Positions 1 to 7,675 of a DNA stretch of 11,583 nucleotides are shown here, piece after piece (the stretch's first letter is position 1; each line of letters opens with the position of its first letter). Location of the stretch: positions 64,001-75,583 of the IMG/VR virus record IMGVR_UViG_3300044846_001093, one strand, 5' to 3'. The translations under genes and the position numbers were made by a program. Source of the DNA: a virus (Duplodnaviria > Heunggongvirae > Uroviricota > Caudoviricetes). The notes under the pieces are model-generated. The model ran no database searches. It was not told where the DNA came from and saw nothing but the letters and a program-made list of their open reading frames with translations.

Positions 1-245
1 ATCTTTTTGTCCTTACTTGTTACGGCATTGTGCCAACCTTCTTCAGGTGTTTCCAATGCGTGACCAACTTCATGACCTAGTAACAGGTCATAAAGTTCAC
101 CAGACATATTTGTCCAGATAGGGCAGTATAGTGTACGATTCTTCAAGTCAAAAGCCGCAGTTTGCATCTTGCGGTGTTCAACTCGGATGTTTTCAGTAGC
201 CATCAACTTGGCTAACTGTGACTTGGATTCTTGGGAAAAATTCAT
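1..245 (-). CDS. Partial (5' part) HExxH metallopeptidase-like protein conserved in T4-like phages; runs off the window edge
   Basis: Manual translation from ATG at 245: MNFSQESKSQLAKLMATENIRVEHRKMQTAAFDLKNRTLYCPIWTNMSGELYDLLLGHEVGHALETP. Contains HEVGH zinc motif and lies directly downstream of a consensus promoter. Not in the supplied ORF track. Confidence 0.75.
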   Translation of the reverse strand, partial: MNFSQESKSQLAKLMATENIRVEHRKMQTAAFDLKNRTLYCPIWTNMSGELYDLLLGHEVGHALETPEEGWHNAVTSKDKK

Positions 246-270
246 GACATTCTTTCTATCAACAGGATCA

Positions 271-298
271 ATTATATCAGGTGTAGAAAGAATGTCAA
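271..298 (-). promoter_or_regulatory. Sigma70-type (early) promoter for the peptidase-like gene
   Basis: Minus strand reads TTGACA (298-293), 16-nt spacer, TATAAT (276-271), with TGn extended -10 (TGA-TATAAT). Intergenic, about 25 nt upstream of the ATG at 245. Confidence 0.85.
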
Positions 299-335
299 GT
301 ACTACAAAAGTATTAATTCACTAAAAAACAACAGT

Positions 336-1241
336 TCATGGCTTCCAATTGCGAGTCAGTTTCATTCCATACTCATTATTACCTTCTGGAAGCACCACAC
401 CAGGCTTGAATCTCAGTTCATTCTTTTTGAATGGGTTGTAGTCAACATAATGGTGCCATCTACCATAACGCCAAACAACCCGCGCAACATCAGGATGCAT
501 TTCTTCCAACATCTTTGATTTGTTGATTGTACCGCTACTGTTGTAGCCAGTCTTTTTGAAATTCTCATCCTCATCAGCAAATTCTTTGTGATAGAATTCT
601 TCGGTGTTTCCACCCTTGACTGTTTGTGTAGCGGCTTTGCCTTGCAAAAATGCATTGAATTGAATTGTACAGTCACCATCTTTCAGTACACGCAGACAGA
701 TATCAGTGTCTTCATTGTAACGACCGCGCCAGCGATGCTTGCAGTCATTTGAAATCAGCAGGCACGAATAGATTCGGGTGTTCGTAACATATGGTGGATA
801 TTTAGAGTTGGGTGCAATGAAGAAGCGATATTGGAAGCCAGAGATTGGCACGTTCTCATAGCGATCAACAAAGTCCTCAGCAGCTTTGAAGATTGCTCCA
901 GACTCAACGCGATACCGTTTGTTTTGTTGCAAGCGATAGAAGTCTGTGATGTTGTCATCAAGAACCCAATGCTTTTCAGCACCGATTGAAATCGCATGAT
1001 CCCAGCACCAGTTTCTTGCACGACCTGGACCATCACCGTGATTGCTGAATGGTGCGATCAGCAGTGTCACATATGGGCGAATACCAAATTCATCTAGTGC
1101 TTTTTCATAATTAGCTTCATCTTGTGGCTCAATGGCAATGTAATGAGGAATCTTCATTCTAGCCAAAGACCTAGAGGTCAGCATGGACTCATGGCGACCT
1201 TTAGAGATAATGTAAACAGGATGTTTTGGGTTGATGGTCAT
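336..1241 (-). CDS. GT-A fold glycosyltransferase, TET-associated (TAGT)/GREB1-like family; putative DNA-base glycosyltransferase
   Basis: Motifs YIISKGR, GPGRARNWCWDH, WVLDDNI (DxD-like), RIYSCLLI, WRGRYNEDTDICLR. Start moved to MTINPKH (1241) because it forms an ATGA overlap with the upstream stop at 1238-1240. Confidence 0.7.
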   Translation of the reverse strand: MTINPKHPVYIISKGRHESMLTSRSLARMKIPHYIAIEPQDEANYEKALDEFGIRPYVTLLIAPFSNHGDGPGRARNWCWDHAISIGAEKHWVLDDNITDFYRLQQNKRYRVESGAIFKAAEDFVDRYENVPISGFQYRFFIAPNSKYPPYVTNTRIYSCLLISNDCKHRWRGRYNEDTDICLRVLKDGDCTIQFNAFLQGKAATQTVKGGNTEEFYHKEFADEDENFKKTGYNSSGTINKSKMLEEMHPDVARVVWRYGRWHHYVDYNPFKKNELRFKPGVVLPEGNNEYGMKLTRNWKP

Positions 1242-1600
1242 TCTACAATCCAACGATTCAATGAGTTATCTTCAATTTCTAGTTTAGGATACCAGATGCT
1301 TTTTGTTTTGTCTGTGAGTTTCTGGTCAACAAGTTTTGCAAATTCATTGTAGTCTTCCTCACTACGAAAGCTCAAATAGATTTGTCTCCAAGGAGGGTTA
1401 TCATTCTGGTCATATGTTGGCATGCCTTTCCAATGCTTCTTCCAAACCTGATCACGGGTCAGCAAAGAATCGTCTGGTTCAGCGATCAAATTTTCTTCTA
1501 TGCCACCATCAATGAATTTTGTTACATCGGCATAATCATCAGCTTGAAAGTCTAGGCAACTTTCATATTCAGTTGTTTCTTCAACTTTTATATCTGTCAT
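1238..1600 (-). CDS. Hypothetical protein (120 aa), acidic N-terminus, translationally coupled to the glycosyltransferase
   Basis: Intact ORF with ATGA overlaps at both ends (1597-1600 and 1238-1241). C-terminal WKGMP..QND..WRQIYLSFRSEED..KTKSIWYP looks like a conserved phage family. Confidence 0.75.
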   Translation of the reverse strand: MTDIKVEETTEYESCLDFQADDYADVTKFIDGGIEENLIAEPDDSLLTRDQVWKKHWKGMPTYDQNDNPPWRQIYLSFRSEEDYNEFAKLVDQKLTDKTKSIWYPKLEIEDNSLNRWIVE

Positions 1601-2172
1601 TTGTTTCTCCGAACGTGTTTCTTGATTACCTTAGCTTGGCGCTTTCTGGCTAGCTGCATTGCTACAGGTTTGACATGCTGAGTATACACTACACCGTTCA
1701 TGTGGTCAAGCTCATGCTGGTAAACTTGTGCAGTGAGTCCATCAAAATGTGTACTGACAAGGTTTGCATTTTCATCAAAATATTCAACATCAATGCTTCC
1801 ATATCTAGGAACGTTCAAATACAGACCTGGAAATGATAAGCAGCCCTCAGCTTTACGAATCGGTTCACCATGTGTGGCAACAATTTTTGGATTGAAACAC
1901 ACGATGCCATCACCAATCACAAACATCCTAAAGCCAATGCCAACTTGATTGGCTGACAGTCCAAGACCATTGTATGCAGCCTGTGTCTTTCGCATTTGAC
2001 GAATAAATTTTTGTATCTCAGGCTGCATGATCTGAGTGATGTGGAACTCAGGCATGACTTGAGACAGCTTAGGATGTCCCTCAGCTAAGATGGGCAGTAT
2101 TGAAATAACTTCCTCAACGATCTTTGTCGGTGAGTTTGTATTGATCGTTAGAATATCGTCATCATTCATCAT
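1597..2172 (-). CDS. def: Peptide deformylase
   Basis: All three PDF motifs present: GLGLSANQVG, EGCLS, QHELDH. Confidence 0.95.
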   Translation of the reverse strand: MMNDDDILTINTNSPTKIVEEVISILPILAEGHPKLSQVMPEFHITQIMQPEIQKFIRQMRKTQAAYNGLGLSANQVGIGFRMFVIGDGIVCFNPKIVATHGEPIRKAEGCLSFPGLYLNVPRYGSIDVEYFDENANLVSTHFDGLTAQVYQHELDHMNGVVYTQHVKPVAMQLARKRQAKVIKKHVRRNK

Positions 2173-2362
2173 TTATCCAGTCCTCTGCGAAGTCTTCCGC
2201 TTTCTGTTGTTCCATAAAATATTCAGCGTGATTGTAATCAGCATCAGCATCATAACAAAGCACCATATACTTGTGTCTGCCATTCACTAAAAAAATCTGA
2301 GCAGTCTTTGCTCCGTTAAAAAATTCACTCAATGCTTTCAACACAGTGTAATCTCCATGCAT
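2162..2362 (-). CDS. Small hypothetical protein (66 aa; may start at the internal GTG after GGAG)
   Basis: Fills the gap between gp46 stop (2365) and def start (2172) in the same orientation, overlapping def by 11 nt. Confidence 0.65.
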   Translation of the reverse strand: MHGDYTVLKALSEFFNGAKTAQIFLVNGRHKYMVLCYDADADYNHAEYFMEQQKAEDFAEDWINDE

Positions 2363-2364
2363 AA

Positions 2365-4077
2365 TTATTTCGCAATCCTAGAAAAATTGTTGACCTTTTC
2401 AAATCTGATAAGATTTCTAAACTTGTCCTGTAAAATGTCACCCTTGTGACTGATAACAAACAGATTGACATCCTCCAACATTTGCAAAATGGTCATGAGA
2501 TAGTCTGTACCGTTTGTGTCAAGTGATGAATCAAACACTTCATCCAGAATCAACAGGTTAGTGTTTGTTGAGTTCTTCAACTTAGCAACTGCTCTCCATG
2601 TCAACATGAGTGCCATGTCAATACGTTGTTTCTCACCTTCACTGAATGATGCATAGCTAAATTCATCACGGTGTCTTGACTTGATTGTCTCTTTGAATGA
2701 CTCATCCAAATTGAAGTTGACAAAGAAGTCTAGAGAAGCCAAATACTTATTCACCAATTTGTTGATGATTGGTAGATATTGTTTGATGATCTTAGTTTTG
2801 ATGCCTGTGTCTTTCAATAGAACAGCCGCAGCATCAAGGTATGTTTTCTCTTCAATCAGTGCTTGCTTTTCACCAGTCAATGCAGATAGCTTGTCGCGCA
2901 ACTCATTCAGCTTCAAGTTCTCAGCATCCAAATCATCCTTTGTTGACGAGAGTGATGCAATTTCTTTTTGCAGTCTACCAATGTATTTGTTTGTCTCAAT
3001 GATCGTTGCATTGTTTGAAGCAAGGCTTACTTGACGAACGCGAATTTCATTTGACACACGAATGATTTCATTCAGTTTGTTTTGTTGATCGGTTATCTCA
3101 GTCGCAATTTTTTCCAGACCATCAGACATTTGCTTTGATGCACCAGACAATGTGGCTATCTGTTGCTCTTTGAAATCTTGCTGAATCTCCTGTTTGCAAG
3201 TTGGGCAACTATCACTGTCATGAAAGAACTTCAAGTCTTTCTTGTGCTTACTCAGATTAGTTTCAATCTTTGTTTCAAACTGGTGCAGCTTTTTTATTTT
3301 GCCTTCAATAACATCACGCTCAACGATCCCAGCTTGAAGGTGTTGCACCTCAGCATTCAGAGTTTCAATGACCGATTGGACTGTCTCCATCTGCAAAAGA
3401 ACCACGCTGATTTCACGATTCTTCTCAGCAATCATATCATCATTGTTCTGCTTCAACTTAGTGATATGGCTGTTCTGCATATCATATTTTGATGTTGTCA
3501 GTTCAATGTTGTGCTTGTTTGTTGCGATTGCATCCTTGTTTGTGCTACTCTTATCCTTCAACACAGTGTTCATTGTGGAGAAGATTTGAATGTCCAACAA
3601 GTCTTCAATGATTGCTCGGCGATCAGCAGCCGACAACTGCATGAATGGTACAAAAGATGCTGAACCTAAAATCACAATCTGAGTAAACGACTTGTAGTTC
3701 AGTTTCAGAATTTGTTTTTCAAGTGTTTCCTGGTAATCTCTAGAAGCAGCGTCCTGATTCATGAGTTCACCATTGAGATAAATTTGAAACACTGTGGGCT
3801 TTATTCCGCGAACAATCTTGTATTGCTTTGTGCCAATAGTGAATTCGCATTCAACAATACAGTCTTTTTGGTTGATGGAGTTCACCAACTGTGGCTTATT
3901 GATATTACGAAATGCTTTACCAAACAGCACGTAGCACAGTGCGTCCAGCATAGTTGACTTGCCTGCACCATTAGTTCCCACAACAAGTGTGTTTGCAGAG
4001 TTGTCTAACTTGATTTCTGTCCAGTAATTACCAGTTGACAGGAAGTTTTTAAATCTAATTGTTCTAAAGAAAATCAT
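2365..4077 (-). CDS. 46: gp46 recombination exonuclease ATPase subunit (Rad50/SbcC-like)
   Basis: Walker A GTNGAGKST, coiled coil with CPTC zinc hook, signature FSEGEKQR, Walker B LLILDEVFD. ATGA overlap with gp47. Confidence 0.96.
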   Translation of the reverse strand: MIFFRTIRFKNFLSTGNYWTEIKLDNSANTLVVGTNGAGKSTMLDALCYVLFGKAFRNINKPQLVNSINQKDCIVECEFTIGTKQYKIVRGIKPTVFQIYLNGELMNQDAASRDYQETLEKQILKLNYKSFTQIVILGSASFVPFMQLSAADRRAIIEDLLDIQIFSTMNTVLKDKSSTNKDAIATNKHNIELTTSKYDMQNSHITKLKQNNDDMIAEKNREISVVLLQMETVQSVIETLNAEVQHLQAGIVERDVIEGKIKKLHQFETKIETNLSKHKKDLKFFHDSDSCPTCKQEIQQDFKEQQIATLSGASKQMSDGLEKIATEITDQQNKLNEIIRVSNEIRVRQVSLASNNATIIETNKYIGRLQKEIASLSSTKDDLDAENLKLNELRDKLSALTGEKQALIEEKTYLDAAAVLLKDTGIKTKIIKQYLPIINKLVNKYLASLDFFVNFNLDESFKETIKSRHRDEFSYASFSEGEKQRIDMALMLTWRAVAKLKNSTNTNLLILDEVFDSSLDTNGTDYLMTILQMLEDVNLFVISHKGDILQDKFRNLIRFEKVNNFSRIAK

Positions 4078-5141
4078 TCAATAATTTCAACGTTCAGTGA
4101 CTCAACATAGAGTTCACGCATAAGACCTTTTAGCTTTGTTGAGTCAACGTTTGTTGCTAATCCATCAATGTACTTTGATAGAATTGTCATAGTATCCTCA
4201 GCTTGATCAACCAAGTCACCATCGTCAATGATAGTATCTGTAAAATCTTCAACGACAGCAACGTCTGCGACACCACCTTTATGTAGGTTGTCAATCACAG
4301 TATCAAACATGTATGCATTCTGTTTGTTGACAACGATGACTTTCACAAAAGTGTTTGCGTATTGGTCAAAATCATATGCATTCCAAAAAGCAAAATCTTG
4401 CTGACTGTCATCATATATGATCTTATGAAACATTTTATATGGATTTGCAACAAATGTCAAGTCTCTTGTGTCGGTATCAAAGATGTGGAATCCACGTTGA
4501 TCACCATAGTCAATCCATGTGATTTCATATTGATTTCCAAGGTAGGTGATGGTTCCATCTGTAGATTTATGATGAAAATGACCAGATAGTACCATATCAA
4601 AACGATTGAAAGTCTTACGATCCAAGCCTTCATGTGCAATGTTTCCTTTATCCATTTCAAAGCCAGCAATTTCAAAATGGCCCATTACAATCTCTGCTGT
4701 TGTTTCGCGTAATGCTTCTAGCGATTGGTCATAATTTGATGCATTGATCCAGGGTACCAATTGGACTTTCAGACCATCATACAGATTTTCCTGTGGCTCA
4801 GTATAAACTTTGATGTTATCATAATGGTCAAACAACTCATGCATTGCATTGATTTCATTTGTGTTCTTGTAGGTCACATCATGATTGCCAACAATAACAT
4901 CCATTGTGATGCCTTCACTCAAGAGGACATCAAAGAATCTTTTGCGCCACTGATTCAGAATAACATAGTTGATAAACTTGCGGCGATCAACAACGTCACC
5001 CAAATGAATGATGTGTTTGATGCCATGTTCCTTCAGATAGGGAAAGAACGTATTCTCCCAAAACTTGAAGAAGAATTCGTTGAACAAAAGGCTATCACCT
5101 CTTGCACCCGCATGAGTATCATTTATAAGGGCAATTTTCAT
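4074..5141 (-). CDS. 47: gp47 recombination nuclease subunit (Mre11/SbcD-like)
   Basis: Metallophosphoesterase motifs NDTH, GDVVD, GNHD, GHFH; adjacent to gp46. Confidence 0.96.
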   Translation of the reverse strand: MKIALINDTHAGARGDSLLFNEFFFKFWENTFFPYLKEHGIKHIIHLGDVVDRRKFINYVILNQWRKRFFDVLLSEGITMDVIVGNHDVTYKNTNEINAMHELFDHYDNIKVYTEPQENLYDGLKVQLVPWINASNYDQSLEALRETTAEIVMGHFEIAGFEMDKGNIAHEGLDRKTFNRFDMVLSGHFHHKSTDGTITYLGNQYEITWIDYGDQRGFHIFDTDTRDLTFVANPYKMFHKIIYDDSQQDFAFWNAYDFDQYANTFVKVIVVNKQNAYMFDTVIDNLHKGGVADVAVVEDFTDTIIDDGDLVDQAEDTMTILSKYIDGLATNVDSTKLKGLMRELYVESLNVEIIE

Positions 5142-5587
5142 GAGCGAACTTTACTTGCGACACGATTGCGCAACTCAGTCGTTGAAAAACTGTGCTTACG
5201 TTGATTGTAGTAAATCTTGATGTTGCGCTGTTCACATATGTTCTTGCCTGTGAAATTCTTATCCTCATACTCTTCACCAATAACGCGAATGGTGATAGGC
5301 AAAAACATCAACAAGTCTTCCAAGTCTTTCTCTGTCTGATACACAATAATTTCATCAACGTATTTGACTGCGCTCAGTTGAACATGTCTCTCAACGATAG
5401 ACTGCACAGGAGAATTCTTAGTGTCTGGACGATCAATAGATGGATCTAGTTGTAGACCCACGATCAGATAGTCACACACAGACTTGGCTTCAGCCAACAT
5501 GAGAATGTGACCTGCATGAAGCAGATCAAAAGTGGAACAGGTGAATCCGACTGGCTTTCCAGTCATGTTGTCAGGTAAAGATAGCAT
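5138..5587 (-). CDS. Cytidylyltransferase (TagD/glycerol-3-phosphate cytidylyltransferase-like)
   Basis: GFTCSTFDLLHAGH (HxGH), YLIVGLQ.D, ER..QL.AVKYVDE, C-terminal R.HSFSTT.LR. Start placed at MLSLPDN (5587) because GGAG lies 6 nt upstream. Confidence 0.88.
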   Translation of the reverse strand: MLSLPDNMTGKPVGFTCSTFDLLHAGHILMLAEAKSVCDYLIVGLQLDPSIDRPDTKNSPVQSIVERHVQLSAVKYVDEIIVYQTEKDLEDLLMFLPITIRVIGEEYEDKNFTGKNICEQRNIKIYYNQRKHSFSTTELRNRVASKVRS

Positions 5588-5602
5588 ATTGAACTCCATG
5601 AT

Positions 5603-6166
5603 TTATAATTCGTCAGGCAACGGGTCTTCTAGTATATCAGATTCCATGAATTTTTCAAGACCTTTGACCTTTGGTTTCTTCTTTTCGTTCTTCTTTTCCT
5701 CATAAGTTTGAATGAATTCCGAAATGTTGTCATACAACACAAACTGTTTCATATTACCATCCGAGTCTTCATACATTTCACCAGAATCTAAAATACCAAA
5801 CTGCTGAGTCGCTTTGTACTTCACATACAATTGTTTCTTTTCTTTTTGAATTCTGCGTAAGAATGCAAAGTAAATTACCTGTGTAAAGTATGCGAACGGA
5901 TTGGAAGATTTTGTTGGATCAAAGTTTCTGAAATACATGATGCAGTTTTCAATACCATCACAGATCATCTCCTCACGGAAAGAATATGAAATGAAGTTTG
6001 GCTTTCTGGATAGATGGTTTGCAATCTTCAGGAAGCACTCACCAATGTAGTTTGGTATAATTGGCTCTTCTTTGCCTGCTTCTTTGGCAGCATCACATGC
6101 GGCTCTGTATCCGATCAGTGCGGCCAGAAAGTCCGCGTTGTTTACGTAGTGTTTCGCTTTTGTCAT
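5603..6166 (-). CDS. 55: gp55 late-transcription sigma factor
   Basis: HYVNNADF, NYIGECFLKIA.HLS.KPNF, EMICDGIENC, FDPTKSSNPFAYFTQ..YFAFLRRIQKEKKQ; upstream of 47/46 as in T4-like phages. Confidence 0.96.
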   Translation of the reverse strand: MTKAKHYVNNADFLAALIGYRAACDAAKEAGKEEPIIPNYIGECFLKIANHLSRKPNFISYSFREEMICDGIENCIMYFRNFDPTKSSNPFAYFTQVIYFAFLRRIQKEKKQLYVKYKATQQFGILDSGEMYEDSDGNMKQFVLYDNISEFIQTYEEKKNEKKKPKVKGLEKFMESDILEDPLPDEL

Positions 6167-6187
6167 TATGATTACCTAAAATATTAC

Positions 6188-6217
6188 TTGACAGGCTATG
6201 GAGTACTGTCATATAAT
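6188..6217 (+). promoter_or_regulatory. Sigma70-consensus promoter oriented antisense to all local genes
   Basis: TTGACA (6188-6193), 18-nt spacer, TATAAT (6212-6217) in the 72-nt gap between gp55 and the upstream hypothetical gene. Confidence 0.7.
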
Positions 6218-6238
6218 GGGGGTGTTGGGTGTTTAGAA

Positions 6239-6652
6239 TTAGTGTATTATTTGTTTATTAGTACTTGGTTCTTGAAGTAGTTCTTCTGAATCGTCTTCTA
6301 GGTCAAGTTCTCCATCAGAGTCAAAATCATCAAGTAGTGATTCATCAATCTGATCAGTGAAGTTTGAAATCATTTCATTAGCTTCAACGACTGCGTTGTT
6401 ATAGTATTCAATCAATGCTGTTCTTGGTTCAACGATAGTAAGAACTTCATTCATAGAAATACATGCAGAGTTTGTTTGAACCAGTTCCATAGGTAACCAT
6501 GGAGACATTAGCAACATTGATTTACCGGCAGACAGCCTCTTATAAAAGAGTGTCATCGGGTCATACATCTCTATGATGCCATTGCTATTCAGATGGTAAG
6601 AAGTAATGATATCTTCACCATCTTTGAGCCTAATAATTCTAACATTATCCAT
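6239..6652 (-). CDS. Conserved hypothetical protein between uvsW and gp55 (possibly Sm-like fold), acidic C-terminal tail
   Basis: N-terminal VRIIRLKDGEDII and PWLP motifs; syntenic position; 8-nt overlap with the uvsW C-piece stop. Fold assignment is tentative. Confidence 0.7.
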   Translation of the reverse strand: MDNVRIIRLKDGEDIITSYHLNSNGIIEMYDPMTLFYKRLSAGKSMLLMSPWLPMELVQTNSACISMNEVLTIVEPRTALIEYYNNAVVEANEMISNFTDQIDESLLDDFDSDGELDLEDDSEELLQEPSTNKQIIH

Positions 6653-6975
6653 TTTTTATATCTATCTTGTAAAATTTATAAGAGAATTTCTCCTCTTCAT
6701 ATATTTTAGCACGTTCCACAAAATGTTTCAACGTAAAGTTGGTATGTTTACCTATTCTAAAATCATCAGCAATATCATATAAAGTCGCAGAGTCTTTGTT
6801 GTCACCCTTACGTAAGACACGACCTAAAGATTGCAGATTACGAATCCGAGACTTTGATGGTGATGCAAAGATCGCGTTGTGTAGATTCTTTATATTTATG
6901 CCTGTAGAAAAAGGTGCCGAAAGAAGCAATAATAATGCAACCTTCACCTCCTTTCGTAATTTTATCCGGCTTCAT
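6645..6975 (-). CDS. uvsW: UvsW helicase C-terminal piece (motifs V-VI), interrupted by a +1 frameshift at the T5 run 6908-6912
   Basis: ATG at 6975 with AAGGA 6 nt upstream gives MKPDKITKGGEGCIIIASFGTF. The +1 frame continues STGINIKNLHNAIFASPSKSRIRNLQSLGRVLRKG...YDIADD to the stop at 6645. Joined, this is the canonical IIxASxGTFSTGINI motif V and QSxGRxLR motif VI. Confidence 0.85.
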
Positions 6976-7660
6976 TTTGTTTCCTTTTATTTTTTCTAGA
7001 CTCTAACATATTGTTTCTCCAAACAGGATCATTCCACTTTTCCTTCAGTGCGCTTCCATCTGATCCTCGTGGTTTTCGGGTTTTCATTTTGTCGCGAAAG
7101 TTTGGATCATTTTTCCACTTTTCTTTTATTTTCTCACTAGCAGCTTTTCTCTTGTTTTCATCACCATTTACTTCACTCATTTTTGACTTAAATTTTTGTA
7201 AAAAAGCCTCATCCTCATAGCGTTTTTTGGTTCCAATAACCTGTTTATGTGCACCATGTGTTATGTAGTGGTTTACCATTTGTTCAGATTTACTTCGCTT
7301 TTTGTCTTCTGTCCAATATTCCATCATCGCAGTTTTTCTTTTTTTCACAGATTCATCTGTGTGGGACAACCTATTTTGATTGACATAAGACCAACCTCCT
7401 TTTCCTCCAGAATTTAGATTATATGACATTTCATCATCCGGAGAAATCAAACTATTTTCAACATCATTCATCTGAGACTCATCCTCACATAACTGAATAA
7501 TTTGTTTTTCAAAATTTTCAATTCCATACTTAGCTATGGCTTTTCTTATGAGTGTTCCTGAACCCATGTAATTGTCGTTAGGATTTTCTGTAATATGTTT
7601 ACCTATGTAAAATCTGCCGTTTATTTTGTTTATTATCCTATATATCGTGTAGTATTTCAT
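6962..7660 (-). mobile_element. Seg-like GIY-YIG homing endonuclease inserted inside uvsW
   Basis: YTIYRIINKINGRFYIGKH, YMGSG..I.KAI.KYG..NF, YNL..GG.GG; basic C-terminal region with repeated KW(K)NDP; GGAG RBS 5 nt upstream of the ATG; visibly AT-richer than flanks. Confidence 0.92.
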
Positions 7661-7675
7661 ATTGACTCCAGTAGA

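Noticed and set aside
6176-6236. Invertible promoter switch for gp55
   Set aside because: Only a 5-bp inverted match (CTAAA/TTTAG) flanks the promoter, and no recombinase gene is in view.
6893-6900. Near-consensus late boxes CATAAATA (6893-6900) and TATAAATC (5600-5607)
   Set aside because: 7/8 matches explained by coding constraints (GINI motif; gp55 stop) in AT-rich DNA; no independent support.
6645-6947. ORF-track start at GTG 6947 (MKVALLLLLSAP...)
   Set aside because: GGAG is directly adjacent to the GTG (no spacing) and the N-terminus is not helicase-like, whereas the other frame encodes IIIASFGTF.
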